This document shows positions 24,984 through 38,233 of a DNA stretch of 64,000 nt, one piece after another. The position numbers and the translations under genes were made by a program. The notes beneath the pieces were generated by a model, which saw only the letters and a program-made list of their open reading frames with translations, had not been told where the DNA came from and made no database searches. How positions within the stretch are numbered: position 1 is the stretch's first letter; each line of letters begins with the position of its first letter. The DNA comes from Malacoraja senta (lineage: Eukaryota), in contig CM075993.1 of the NCBI GenBank assembly GCA_038087875.1, positions 8,806,001-8,870,000 of the forward strand, in the 5' to 3' direction.

Positions 24984-27207
24984 GGGCATATAAGGTAGCC
25001 AGAGATAGTGGGAGGGTAGAGGATTGGGAAGCATTTAAAGGTCAGCAAAAAATAACTAAGAGATTAATTAAGACGGGGAAAATAGACTATGAAAGGAATT
25101 TAGCGAACAACATAAAAACTAATAGTAAGAGTTTTTATAGCTATATAAAAAGAAAAAGGGTGGCTAAGGTGAACGTTGGTCCATTGGAGGGTGAGACTGG
25201 AGAGTTGTTGGTGGGGAACATGGAAATGGCAAAGGCATTAAACGAGTATTTTGTATCAGTCTTCACCATAGAAGACACAAAAAATATTCCAACGCTGGAT
25301 AAACAGGGGGCGGTAGGAATGGAAGAGCTAAATACTATTAAGATCACCAAGGAGGTGGTATTAGGGAAATTAATGAGACTGAAGGAGGATAAATCCCCTG
25401 GGCCTGATGGATTACATCCAAGGGTCTTGAGGGAGATAGCGGTGGGGATTGTGGATGCATTGGTGATAATTTTCCAAAACTCCCTGGAGGCAGGAACGGT
25501 CCCAGTGGATTGGAAAATGGCCAATGTAACACCTATATTTAAAAAAGGAAGTAAACAGAAGGCGGGTAACTATAGACCGGTTAGTCTAACATCGGTGGTG
25601 GGTAAAATGTTAGAGACAATTATTAAAGAAACACTAACGGGGCACTTGGATGGACATGACTTCATCGGACAGAACCAGCATGGTTTTGTGAAGGGGAAGT
25701 CCTGTTTAACGAATCTGCTCGAATTCTTTGAGGAAGTAACAACCCGGGTGGATAAAGGGGAACCGGTGGATGTGGTATACTTGGACTTCCAAAAGGCTTT
25801 TGACAAGGTGCCACATAAGAAACTATTGCTAAAAATAAAAAATTATGGGATTGGGGGTAATATATTAGCATGGGTAGAGGATTGGCTAACAAATAGGAAG
25901 CAGAGAGTGGGGATAAATGGTTCATATTCGGGATGGCAACCGGTAACTAGCGGGGTTCCGCAAGGGTCGGTGCTGGGACCCCAGTTGTTCACAATTTATA
26001 TAAATGATTTGGAGGAGGGAACCAAGTGTAATATATCAAAATTTGCGGACGATACAAAAATGGGAAGAAAAGTAGGGGATGAGGAGGATAGGAAGTGTCT
26101 GCAAAGGATATAGATAAGCTAGGTGAGTGGGCAACAACTTGGCAGATGAAATTTAATACTAATAAATGTGAAGTCATTCACTTTGGGAAAAAAAATGATA
26201 GGGCAAGTTATTTTCTAAATGAGGAGGAGCTGCGTTGTAATGCAACGCAAAGGGATCTAGGGGTAGTAGTACATGAATCACTAAAAGTTAGTATGCAGGT
26301 GCAGCAAGCTATCAGGAAGGCCAATGGAGTTTTGGCCTTTATTGCTAGGGGGATTGAGTATAAAAACACGGAGGTCTTGCTGCAGCTGTACACAGTATTA
26401 GTGAGACCACATTTGGAATACTGTGTACAGTTCTGGGGTCCATACTTAAGGAAGGATGTACTGGCCCTGGAGGCAGTGCAGCGAAGGTTTACAAGATTAA
26501 TTCCTGCAATGAGGGGATTGACATATGAGGAAAGGTTAAGTAGGCTGGAACTCTACTCTTTGGAGTTTAGAAGAATGAGAGGCGATCTCATTGAAACATA
26601 TAAGATCGTGAGGGGCCTTGATCGGGTGGATGCACCGAGGATGTTCCCAATGATCGGGGAAACTAGAACTAGGGGACATAGTTGCAGAATAAGGGGGGGC
26701 TCTTTTAAAACTGAGATGAGGAAGAACTTCTTCACCCAGAGGGTGGTTAATCTATGGAATTCACTGCCCCAGGGAGCAGTGGAAGCAGAAACATTAAATA
26801 TATTTAAGTCTAAAATAGATGTTTTTTTAGCTGCCAAGGGGATAAGGGGCTACGGGGAGAGGGCAGGGATATGGACCTAGGTAGGGTTAGTATAGTAAGA
26901 CCTGAGTGATCTCCTGGACAAGTGTCGATCGCCTGGATTGGGGTCGGAGAGGAATTTCCCGGATTTTTTTCCCGAATTGGACCTGGGTTTTTATCCGTTT
27001 TTTTGCCTCCCCCAGGAGATCACGCGGTTCTTGGGGTGGAGAGGGGTGATAGCGGTATAAAGGGGAGGGTAGTGTCTTGTGTTCTGTGTCTTGTGTCTAC
27101 TGTTTGTGGGTAGGGGTGTCTGTTTGGTGTTCAGCCATGAGCGAATGGCGGTGCGGGCTCGATGGACCTGGTGGTCTACTCTCGCACCTACTTTCTATGA
27201 TTCTATG
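24984..27207 (+). mobile_element. 5'-truncated CR1 LINE with near-intact RT
   Basis: ORFs 25160-26113 and 26095-26880 (one frameshift): [39 protein letters not shown]; long 3' UTR; TTCTATGA tail. Confidence 0.95.
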
Positions 27208-29289
27208 ATAAAGAGATAGCTTTATACATTCTATCTTTGTCCCGCCCCCTCCCCTGACATCAGTCTGAAGAAGTGTCTCGACCCAAAACGTCGCCCATTC
27301 CTTCTCTCCAGAGATGCTGCCTCACCTGTTAATTTACTCAAGCATTTTGTGTCTACCCTCGGCCACATGCCAAGCATTTCGAATCACAGATTTCACATTT
27401 CCTGCGTCTGCAATATTTTGATTTTTTTAAATAATTGTATGTAATAAAGGTCTTTTCAATTCTTTACCACCCATTAGAAGCTGGAAATTGAAGAAAAATG
27501 AGAGACATTTAGGCTCTGGTCAGGGAGACATGAAACAGATATAGGCAGCTGGAATCAAGTGTATCCCTGGAGGAGTTTCGGGAACAGAGGACCATACTTA
27601 AGAAGGAAATCAGAAGAATAGTGTGGACTCGACGTGTGGGTCGGGTTGCGGGCAGCGTCGGGGGAAAGTTGTGGAATTTTTTGTAACACACTCCCCCCCC
27701 CCCCCACCACCTTGTGCAGCCCAGTGGGACCGAAGATGGTGGCGCGCAGCATTCTCTTTCAAGCTGCTGCTGCCCTTGGCAATCGCCAACACAATATTCC
27801 ACCACTCACCAGTTCCCCCAACACAACCCGTTTCCACCACTCACCAGTTCCCCCAACGCAACCTGTTTCCACCACTCACCAATTCTCCCAACTCAACTCA
27901 CTCTCTCTCTCTTTCTCTCCCTCAATGGCGGAGCGCAGCATTCTCCTCCAAGCTTCTGCTGCCGTTACTGTAGGCAACCTCTTCTTCAAGCTGATACCGT
28001 TACAGTTGGCAACTTCCCATTGTGATGTCATTGTCACACTCGGCAGCTTGTGTAAATGAGAGCCCAATGTGATTGGTGGACTGTGAGATGGCTTAGTGAC
28101 ATCAACACTGGAAGCTGCTGGAAGACCGTCTCTCTCAGAAGCCATTTTTGGCTTTTTTATTTAAAACTTTAATCATCAATAACTTTTGAAATAGAGCATG
28201 AATTCTGAAGGGAACCTGATTATGGCCTGGACGTGAAAAATGTGAGTAAGAATGTGGAAATATTCAGCGCTACCGCGGAGCGTTTGACGAAGATACAATA
28301 AAATACATACACACATACATACAAGATGATGTTATGTATACTAGACGAAGTGGGACCGTTGGGTCCCTGTCACACGGGAAGACTGGTCCTCAAACGCAGT
28401 ATTCCACCACTCACCCATAGCCCCCAACTGCCCAGGGGTGGCTGACGGGTTCCCGTTGTGACGCCAGAGATCCCCGTTGTGACGCAAGTCACGGCAACCT
28501 TCCCCAACCGCGCCTCGCCATCTATCTTCCTACCACTATCCTCCTCCATTCCCTCTCATCCCCAACATTCCCTCCCCTTCCTCTTCACCATCCCCCTTCT
28601 CTCCCCTCTCCCCCATGTACCTAAACACAATATCAGTTGTTAATGAACAAAGATTAATTTGATCAAAATGGAGTCTTTCCTGTGGAATTAAATCACCCTA
28701 TCTTTTGGGGGGGGGGGGTGAATAGTTTGAGGAATGTTTGAACGATCGGAATAAAATTGGGTCTGCTCCCCCAAAGCACCCATTCCCTACCCGTAGCCCC
28801 CACGGGAGGCATGGTCCTCCAAATCAACCCAAACATAAGATTCCAGTACTCCTAACCCTCCCCCAGCATTGGACTTGAAAAAAAAATCCCAATGGCACTT
28901 CCCCAATTGCAATACCAATTGACCCTTCCCCTCCTGTCTTGCCAAGAGCTATGATGGCAACATTGTTGCAAATGTTTGGTGCACTTGCTGTGATATGCCA
29001 TTGAGGTGAAAAGTTCAGTGTTCCTGGAAGCTGTGAGGAATAATTTTAACAGTAAAAATCATTTAAAATTCTCAGTCTTTTGACGTTTTTAAACTTTAAT
29101 CAGTAATAAGTCGAGAAATAAAGCATGAAATGTTCACATAAGGTGATCCAGGCCTCGACGGGAAAAATGTTAATCGGAATATTTTAAAATGTTATCGTTA
29201 TCACGTAGTTTTCTGACAAAGATGTAAAGACAACCACATATACACAGACACGTACAAAGATCAGAGTTTTAATAAGGATATGGTATTGA

Positions 29290-29730
29290 AAGAATCAGTG
29301 GAATCAAGTTAAAAATGGAATTAGTGCAAGAAACGGAATAAAAGCAAGGTAAATCTTTTTAAAATGTTATATTCAAAGAATCAGTGCAAATCAAGTTAAA
29401 TACTGTGAGGTCTTTTTAAATAAATCTTATCTTTAAAGATCACAAAGTGAGAATAAAGCAGTCAGAATCAAGCAGTGCAGAACTCGATATGCAAAGAGTG
29501 CAAATCAAGTTAAAAACCACAAGGTCTTTTAAAATAAATCTTATCCTGATAGATCACGAAGTGAGAATGAAGCATCAGAATCATTAGTGTAGAGCTCGAT
29601 GTTCAAAGAATCTGCAGATCAAGTTAAAAACCTTAAAGATCGCGAATTGGGTATGAAGCAGTCAGAATCAAGCAGTGCAGAACTTGATGATGACTCGACC
29701 TCAAGCAGTGTAGAATTCGATGTTCACTCG
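29290..29730. repeat. ~110-118-bp degenerate tandem repeat (about 3 copies plus partials)
   Basis: Recurrent AATCAAGTTAAAA...ATAAATCTTATC...GATCAC.AAGTGAGAAT.AAGCAGTCAGAATCAAGCAGTGCAGAACTCGAT. Confidence 0.8.
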
Positions 29731-29857
29731 ACCGTTGGGGAGGTGGTGAAGCTGTTTTTGAAATGAGGCTCTTCCCCTGACGTCAATGGAAGGTGGTGGA
29801 ATATTCTGTGTGTGAAACGGGCGGCGACCTTCTCCCCTTGCGGGGGCATTGTGACGT

Positions 29858-31304
29858 TAAAAAGGGAGGGAGAGAGAAAACGGGGAATTACAGACCAGTT
29901 AGTCTAACATCGGTGGTGGGGAAAATTCTGGAGTCAGTTATTAAAGATGGGATAGCAGCACATTTGGAAAGTGGTGAGTTCATTGGACAAAGTCAGCATG
30001 GATTTATGAAAGGTAAATCATGTCTGACGAATCTTATAGAATTTTTCGAGGATGTAACTAATAGAGTGGATAGGGGAGAACCAGTGGATGTGTTATATCT
30101 GGACTTTCAGAAGGCTTTCGACAAGGTCCCACATAAGAGATTAGCATACAAACTTAAAGCACATGGTATTGGGGGTTCAGTACTGATGTGGATAGAGAAT
30201 TGGCTGGCAGACAGGAAGCAAAGAGTAGGAGTAAACGGGTCCTTTTCAGAATGGCAGGCAGTGACTAGTGGGGTACCGCAAGGCTCAGTGCTGGGACCCC
30301 AGCTATTTACAATATATATTAATGATCTGGATGAGGGAATTGAATGCAACATCTCCAAGTTTGCGGATGACACGAAGCTGGGGGGCAGTGTTAGCTGTGA
30401 GGAGGATGCTAGGAGGCTGCAAGGTGACTTGGATAGGTTGGGTGAGTGGGCAAAAGCATGGCAGATGCAGTATAATGTGGATAAATGTGAGGCTATCCAC
30501 TTTGGTGGCAAAAACAGGAAAGTAGACTATTATCTGAATGGTGGCCGATTAGGAAAAGGGGAGATGCAACGAGACCTGGGTGTCATGGTACACCAGTCAT
30601 TGAAAGTAGGAATGCAGGTGCAGCAGGCAGTGAAGAAAGCAAATGGTATGTTAGCATTCATAGCAAAAGGATTTGAGTATAAGAGCAGGGAGGTTCTACT
30701 GCAGTTGTACAGGGTCTTGGTGAGACCACACCTGGAGTATTGCGTACAGTTTTGGTCTCCTAATCTGAGGAAAGACATTCTTGCCATAGAGGGAGTACAG
30801 AGAAGGTTCACCAGACTGATTCCTGGGATGGCATGACTTTCATATGAGGAAAGACTGGATAGACTCGGCTTGTACATGTTGGAATTCAGAAGACTGAGGG
30901 GGGATCTTATAGAAACTTACAAAATTCTTAAGGGGTTGGACAGGCGAGATGCAGGAAGATTATTCCCGATGTTGGGGATGTCCAGAACTAGGGGTCACAG
31001 TTTAAGGATAAGAGGGAAGACTTTTAGGACTGAGATGAGGAAATCATTTTTTACACAGAGAGTGGTGAATCTGTGGAATTCTCTGCCACAGAAGGTAGTT
31101 GAGGCCAGTTCATTGGCTATATTTAAGAGGGAGTTAGATGTGGCCCTTGTGGCTAAAGGGATCAGGGGGTATGGAGATAAGGCAGGGATGGGATACTGAG
31201 TTGGATGATCAGCCATGATGATATCAAATGGCGGTGCAGGCTCGAAGGGCCGAATGGCCTACTCCTGCACCTATTTTCTATGTTTCTATGTCTATGTTTC
31301 TATG
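29858..31304 (+). mobile_element. Young 5'-truncated CR1 LINE nested in a Helitron-like unit
   Basis: RT ORF to 30836 (one premature TGA) continuing to 31199; TTCTATGT-repeat tail; host sequence CATTGTGACGT/CACTGGAAGCTG rejoins across it. Confidence 0.95.
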
Positions 31305-32469
31305 TCACTGGAAGCTGGTGTCTGTGTTTTTAAATTTTGGCCTTTTTTTAAACTTTAATCATCAATAACTTGTAAAATATGGCATGAAATGTGAAGGTAA
31401 CCTGATTATGGCGTGGACGGGAAAAATGTGAGTAAGAACGTGGAGAAATTTCAGCACTACCGCGTAGCGTTTTGACGAAGATACAAATACACAGACGCAT
31501 AGATACATGCACACACATACAAAATGACAGTTTTATAAGTATACAGATAGATAGATAGCCAACACCTCAAAGTACATGAGATACCATTAGCACTGTGATA
31601 AATCTATCAAATCCATTGACCGGATAAGCATGCCGTTGTCTTTGCTCTTTTCAAAGCCCACATTGAGGTCTTACTGCACTCAGAAAGCTCCAATGGGCAA
31701 TTCATGTTATTCGTACGCCCGACACTGAACTCCTGACACTGGCACTTTATTCTAAGATCTATCATAGTAATAGAATACCAGGAATTCTTTCATGAATGTC
31801 CTCATAACCTTCTTGAACGTGCAATATCTCACAAACTCACAAAAATCCTGCTCTAGAAATATTCAAAGTGGAGAAGCAGCATCTGTGTTGGCTCTGAGAA
31901 CCTCCAATCATCAGAAACATGAAGAAGCCCATTAAAAAAAAAGACGGAGGAGCACAAAAGTTCTAAACTATCCATTTATTCACCCCATCAACCACCACCA
32001 ATGATAGTCCCCTAATGCCCCTGATTGGCCTCATGAAACACCGAAGAACATGTTGAGTGGAAGCCATTATCTTTATTCCTGAGGGATTTCCTAGGAGCCA
32101 GCAGTTGAGGAGAACCTTTGTGATGACCTTCCCTGTGGCTAAGGGCAGCGAAACCCTTCTATAGTTACTACAATTGGATTTGTCTTTTTCCACGAAGGAC
32201 ATGGAAGACAGTAAGATCTGTGTGACACGACACACAGATATGGGTCGGCACTTTGAGGTAAGCTGTGTTGGAGATCGCCATTTTAAATGCGGCCTGCACC
32301 GCATTTCAAATGCGGCCTCCAGCTACTGGCTCATAGCCCTGCAGGGAAAGCGGTGTAAACACACAGGGCGAGAATGGCAGATAGTCAGGGCAGCTCTAAG
32401 ACAGCCTGTCTGTAAACGAGGACTCGCTGTGATCAGTACAATGCCTCAATATTCCAGTCAGCGGAAAGC

Positions 32470-33105
32470 AATGTACACAATTGAAGTGTACAGAATAGTG
32501 AAAGGCTTGGATAGAGTGGATGTTTCCACTAGTGGGAGAGTCTCGGACCAGAGGCCATAGCCTCAGAATTAAAGGACATTCTTTTCGGAATGAGATGAGG
32601 AGGAATTTCTTTAGTCAGAGGGTGGTGAATATGTGGAATTCTTTGCCACAGGGCTGTCATTGGATATTTCTTCGGCACAGATAGATAGTACGGGTTAGAG
32701 AGGTTGGGGGGAGAAGGCAGGAGAATGGGGTTAGGATGGAGAGATAGATCAGCCATGATTGAATGGCAGAGTAGACTTGATGGGCCGAATGGCCTAATTC
32801 TAATCCTATCACTTATGATCTAATATATGCAAGGGCAGTTTGAGATTAAGAAGGAGGTGGTGCTAGGGCTGAAGATTGATAAATCCCCAGGACCCTGATT
32901 AGATTTAACCCAGGTTATTGATAGAGGCAAAAGAGATGATTGTGGAAGCCTTGACAAAGATCTTTGTGGCTTCTCTAGCCACAGGCGAGGCCGTGGTGGA
33001 CTGGAGAGCAGCTAATGTTCCTTTATTTAAGAAGGGAAGTAGAGAGGATCCAAGGAATTATAGGGTGGTGATTCCTACGTCAGTGGTAGATAAACTATTG
33101 GAGAG
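32470..33105 (+). mobile_element. Two CR1 fragments (3' end and RT N-terminal piece)
   Basis: IEVYRIVKGLDRVDV plus 3' UTR; then DWRAANVPLFKKGSREDPRNYR. Confidence 0.75.
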
Positions 33106-33790
33106 TGTGTAAGAAAGAACTGCAGATGTTGGTTTAAACTGAAGAAAGACACAAAAAGCTGGAGTAACTCAGCGGGATAGGCAGCATCTCTGGAGAGAAG
33201 GAATGGGTGACGTTTCGGGTCGAGACCCTCTTCAGACTGGTTAGGGATAAAGGGAAACGCGAGATATAGACGGTGATGTGGAGAGATAAAAAACAATGAA
33301 TGAAAGATATGCAAAAAAGTAACGATGCTAAAGGAAACAGGACATTGTAAGCTGTTTGTCGGGTGTAAATGAGAAGCAAGTGCGACTTGGGTGGGGGAGG
33401 GATAGAGTGAGAGGGAATGCCAGGGCTACCTGAAGTGAGAGAAATCAATATTCATTACACTGGGCTGCAAGCTGCCCAAGTGAAATATGAGGTGCTGTTC
33501 CTCCAATTTGTGTTTAGCCTCATTCTGACAATGGAGGAGAACTAGGACAGAAAGATCTATGTAGGAATGGGAAGGACAATTAAAGTGTCCAGCAACCGAG
33601 AGATCAGGTAGATTCAGGCGGGCTGAGCGAAGGTGATCCGTGAGACGATCGCCCAGTCTGCGTTTGGTCTCGCCGATGTATAAGAGTCCACATCTTGAAC
33701 AACGGATACAATAGATGAGGTTGGAGAAGGTGCAGGTGCACCTCTGCCTAACCTAAAAGGACTGTTGGGGTCCCTGGACAGAGTCGAGGG
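33105..33790 (-). mobile_element. Penelope-like element 3' part (GIY-YIG plus pLTR)
   Basis: Minus strand encodes SNLIYCIRCSRCGLLYIGETKRRLGDR; followed by pyrimidine-rich UTR and the pLTR shared across the window. Confidence 0.85.
33209..33235 (-). ncRNA. Minimal hammerhead-ribozyme-like core in Penelope pLTR
   Basis: CTGAAGA-GGGTC-TC-GACCC-GAAA-CGTC matches CUGANGA/stem II/GAAA/NUH; Penelope-like elements are known to carry minimal hammerheads. Stem I pairing is weak. Confidence 0.55.
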
Positions 33791-33799
33791 AGGACTGAA

Positions 33800-34759
33800 C
33801 TGGAGACTGCGGCGGCCGAACCCGCGATCTTTGGGTCGACGCCCACCCGCCGCCTGGCTCGGTGTCCTCGGATTGACGCCTGCCGGCCCGCGTCCTCGCT
33901 CGGGGTCCACGCCTGCCCGCATCCTCGCTCGGGTCCGCCGCCCGGCGCCTGGCGGAGGGGGGGCTGTTGCCACAGGCCGAGCCCGGCTCGACGTCCGCCC
34001 GCCCGCCCGGGGTCCTCGGGTAGACACCGTCCACGGCCTCCCTCGAGTCCACGTCTGCCCGCAGCATCCATCTCTCGACGATCGCCCGCCACCACGCCCG
34101 CCGTCCTCGGGTCGATGCACACCCATGGCCTCTCTCTGCCCTCTCTCTCTGCCTCTGCCCTTTCCCCTGTCTCTGTCCTCTCTCCCTGTCTCTTCACCCT
34201 CTGTCTCTGCCCTCCTCCCTCTCTAACCCCCTCCCTCTCTCTCTCTAGCCACGCCTGCGCAGTTGGTGGCTATGCGTGAGTGGATAGGGCAAGGGATGGG
34301 GTAAAGGAGCAAATGAATAATATTAATTTAATATCAAGGGCGGGGTTAGCGTGTGTGTGTGTGTGGGGGGCGTTAGTGTGTGTGTGGGTGGGGGTGGTTA
34401 GTGTGTGTGTGTGTTTGACGCCACAGGCCGCCCCCCTCCCAGGACCAACAAGTCCCACTTGGTCCAGTATACTAAACAAACATCCATCCGTCCATCCGTC
34501 CCTCCGTCCGTCCGTCCGTCCGTCCGTCCGTTCATCCATCCATCCATCCATCCATCTATCCATCTATCTATCTATCTATCTATCTATCCATCCATCCATC
34601 TATCTTCTGTGTGATTTCATGTGATCCTGAAATTACAGCAATACGATACAGTTGGTCTAGTTCTTTTTTAAGTCCTCGAATATTGCGTTGGGGAACGGGT
34701 TACGTTGGGGGACCAGGCCTCCTGTGTGACAGGGACCCAACGGGTCCCAGTTGGTCTAG
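33800..34759 (+). mobile_element. Two tandem Helitron-like units (3' ends at 34467 and 34759)
   Basis: CCCACTTGGTCCAG|TATACTAA junction; second end is the perfect GGGACCC-AAC-GGGTCCC hairpin plus AGTTGGTCTAG|T; CpG-rich repetitive cargo at 33810-34120. Confidence 0.65.
34480..34604. repeat. Compound (CATC)/(CGTC)/(TATC) microsatellite
   Basis: Directly visible tetranucleotide runs. Confidence 0.95.
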
Positions 34760-35599
34760 TGTGTGTGTAAAAATATGAGGCATAGATGGGATAGTCAGAA
34801 TCTTTCTCCACGAATGGAAAAATCAAATTCTAGAGGGCATAGCTTTATGGTGAGAGGGGCAAAGGTTAACAGAGATGTGTGTGGCATATTTTTATAAACA
34901 GAGGGCAGTGAGTGCCTGGAAAGCACTGCTGGGGTGGTGGTTGAAGCAGATACGTTAGTGGCATTTAAAATACTTTTGGATAGATATATGGACAGCAGTG
35001 AATGGAGGGATATGGGTTATGTACATGTAGGTAAGTGATGGTCTTGGTATCATATTCGGTACAGACACTGGGCCAAAGGGCCTGTTCTTGTGCTGAACTC
35101 TTTCTTCTATGTTCTTGAAGATGGTCACAATTACAGCATCTCTGAGGTCCTTTAGCATGTCTTCCTCTCACTTCCAGCTCCCATCTTCTGAGCTGCTCAC
35201 TATTTTGGTGAGAAGAGGCTCACAGTGGCAATATTTCCTTCTAAACAGTTCCAAAAATGTAGCACAAAAAGATATCAGGAATATTTAAGTCTCTATTTAT
35301 CCTTTGTCCTTTGTTATTTCACCTCAGGTATTTATTAGAGGCACAATAGGCTTTGAAAGGCCTGTTTAAATATTTTCGAAAGCTTATTTTTTCTTTGGGT
35401 CTCCAGACTACTTTTTTCACTTGCATCCTATCTCTCCAAAGTGAAGCCCACCTTTCCACCTAGAGAATGGCAAAACTAATGCCACATATAATCCAATATA
35501 AAGTATAATATGCAATCATAGTCTAAGTCACAAGTCTCTACAGAAGTAAAGGCCTACAATACCCACTACTGGACTGCCTCTTATACCAATAAGGTCTTA

Positions 35600-36830
35600 G
35601 GAATAGTAGAATTAAGCTATTCAGCCCATCAAGTCTACTCCGCCATTCAATCATGGCTGATCCATCGCTCCCTCCTCACCCCATTCTCCTACCTTCTTAC
35701 CATAACCTCTGACACCTGTACTAATCAAGAATCTATCTATCTCTGCCTTAAAAATATCCAGACGGCCTCCACAGACTTCTGTAGCAAAGAATTCCACAGA
35801 TTCAGCACCCTCTGACCAAAGAAATTTCTCCTTATCCCCTTTCTAAAAGAACATCCTTTAATTCAGAGGCTATGACCTCCAATCCTAGACAATCCCACTC
35901 GTGGAAACATCCTCTACAACTTTCACTCTATCCAAGCCTTTCACTATTCTGTGTGTTTCAATGAGGTCCCCCCTCATTCTTCTGAACTCCAGCGAGTACA
36001 GGCCCAATGCCCACAAACATTGATCATAGGTTAACCTACTCATTCCTGGGATCATTCTTGTAATCCTCCTCTGGACCCTCTCCAGAGCCAGCACATCCTT
36101 CCTCAGATATGGTGCCCAAAATTGCGCAGAATATTCCAAATGCAGCCTTACCAGTGCCTTATACAGCCTCAACATTACATCCCTATTTTTGTATACAAGC
36201 CCTCTCGAAATAAATGCTAGCATTGAGTTTGCTTTCTTTACTACCGATTCGACTTACAGATTAACTTTTTGGGAATCTGCATCAGCACTCCAAAGTCCCA
36301 AACACCTCTGATTTCTGGATTCTCACCCTATTTAGAAAATAGTCTACGCCTTTATTCCTACTACCAAGATGCATGACTCCACACTTTGCTACACTATATT
36401 CCATCTGCCACTTCTCTGCCCACTCTCTCAACCTGTCCAAGTCCTTCTGCAGAGTCCCTGCTTTCTCTACGCTACCTGCCCCTCCACCTATTTTCGTATC
36501 ATCTGCAAACTTTGCCACATAGCCTTCAAACCCCTCGTCCAAATCCAGCCAACCTGCTATCCATGCTAGTATCTGCCCTTTGATACCGTGGGTTCTCATC
36601 TTCCTAAGCAGCCTAACGTGTGGCACCCTATCAAAGACTTTCTGAAAATCTACGTAAACAACATCTACTGACTCTCCTTTGTCCTGCTTTTTACTTCTTC
36701 AAAGAATTCCAGCATATTTGTTAAGCAAGACCTCCCCTTCACAAAGCCATGCTGACTTTGGCCTATTTTATCGTGAACTTCTAAGTACTCCGTAACCTCA
36801 TCCTTTACAATGGACTCTAAATTATTAAGA
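35600..36830 (-). mobile_element. CR1 RT/3' fragment with internal deletions
   Basis: GQSQHGFVKGRSCLTN, KFADDTKIGG, LYSLEFRRMRGDLIE. Confidence 0.88.
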
Positions 36831-36939
36831 TAGGATTCAGTGAATGTCCCACTGTGTGCTCTGCTAACAAAAATCCCCAAATTGGTACTAAACAAAGTCA
36901 CTTTTCAGTAGGTTCCACCTAATGAAGAATCCAACCGTT

Positions 36940-37590
36940 AGAACATAGAATAGTACAGCATAGGTACAAGCTATTCATGCCACAATGTCTGTGGTGAGCA
37001 CGATACCCTTAAACTAATCTCCTCTGTATGCATGTGATCCATACACCTCCATTCCCTGCATATCCATATGCCTATCTAAAAGTCTTTTAAATGCTACTAT
37101 TGTATCTGCTTCCACACTGGGAAAGCATTCCAGGCACCCATTGCTCTCTGTGCAACAAAAAAACTTACCCTGTTGAACTCCTTTAAACTATCCCCCTCTG
37201 CCTTTAAACCTATGCCTTCAAATCATTGGCATTTCCACCCTGGGGAAAAATGTTTGTCTACTCTATCTTTGCCTCCCAGACTTTTATATAGTTCACAGGT
37301 CTCCCTTCAACTTCCAACAGTCCAAAGAAAACGATCCACATTTATCCAACATAGCTGTAGAAGGGTCTCGACCCAAAACGTCACCATTCCTTCTCCCCAG
37401 AGATGCTGCCTGTCCCGCTGAGTTCCTCCAGCTTTTTGTGTCTATAGCTAATACCCTCCAATTCAGGGACAATTTTGGTTATCCTCTTCTGCACCCTCTC
37501 CAAAGCCTCCACATCCTTCTTGTAATGAGGCGACCAGAACTGAAAACAATGTTTCAAATGCAGCTTTAGCAAAGTTTTATAAAGCTGCAT
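36940..37590 (-). mobile_element. Old CR1 3' fragment with nested Penelope pLTR piece (37350-37445)
   Basis: QFWSPHYKKDVEALERVQKRITK; decayed 3' UTR. Confidence 0.7.
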
Positions 37591-37995
37591 TGAAAAAATA
37601 ATTTGCAGGCTGAAATAATCAATAGCCTCCAAAAGAAGATAATTTTTAAACAAAGATAATGTAGTACCATGGAGATGTTAAGATAAATCTTCTCGACTTT
37701 AAGATATATGTTTCTGCAGTCTTAAGGGGCACTACTTTTTAGACTTGATGATCCTAAACTTTCAATGAAAGTATCACCTCATAATTGCAGTTAGTTTATG
37801 GTGTTGGTTGCTGCATTAACATGTATTATCAGTGTTTAAATGATCTAGAGATTAACACAAGTAAAAAAGGTTGGTAAAAAATTCGAAAGTGACCACATGC
37901 ATTATGCAATGATTTTTTTTTTTTAAATCCAAAATATTTTTTAAAAAGATGGCACACTTCCAGGACTTTGAATTAGATCCCTCATGCTTATGAGT

Positions 37996-38233
37996 AGGAA
38001 GGAATTGCAGATGCTGGTTTAAAACGAAGGTAGACACAGAATGCTGGAGTAACTCAGTGGGACAGGCAGGATCCCTGGAGAGAAGGAATGGGTGACCTTT
38101 TGGGTCAAGACCCATATGAAGACCATTCAAATGCAGACTTCTAAAAGGAGGGTCTCGACCCGAAAGGTCACCAATTCCTTCTCTCCAGAGATGCTGCCTG
38201 TCCCGCTGAGTTACTCCAGCATTTTGTGTCTAT
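37996..38233. mobile_element. Penelope-derived fold-back insert with 16-bp TSD
   Basis: Two inverted pLTR arms; CCTCATGCTTATGAGT at 37980-37995 and 38234-38249. Confidence 0.85.

Larger units (their letters stand above)
27700..31560 (-). mobile_element. Head-to-tail chain of about 3 Helitron-like units (27700-28340, 28341-29281, 29282-31560)
   Basis: Three 5'-type ends (near 28340, 29281, 31555); hairpin plus CTAG|T junction at 28340-28367; homology to plus-strand copies at 7241 and 59280. Confidence 0.6.
31960..35420 (-). mobile_element. Old RTE-clade RT remnant split by a ~2.9-kb nest (host pieces 31960-32190 and 35113-35420)
   Basis: DLRDAVIVTIFK (35113-35150) rejoins KDKSNCSNYRRVSL...GKVITKVLL (32110-32190). 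Confidence 0.7.

Noticed and set aside
25160..26880. RT ORFs as a retron or domesticated RT system
   Set aside because: Typical 5'-truncated CR1 with tail and frameshift; the other RT ORFs are likewise ordinary LINE fragments.
32279..32312. 14-bp hairpin CATTTTAAATGCGG/CCGCATTTCAAATG as an ncRNA or terminator
   Set aside because: Single short stem inside a TE nest with no other support.
33614..34226. Overlapping Arg/Gly/Pro-rich ORFs or a CpG-island promoter
   Set aside because: Stop-poor GC-rich repetitive TE cargo; no splice or domain support.
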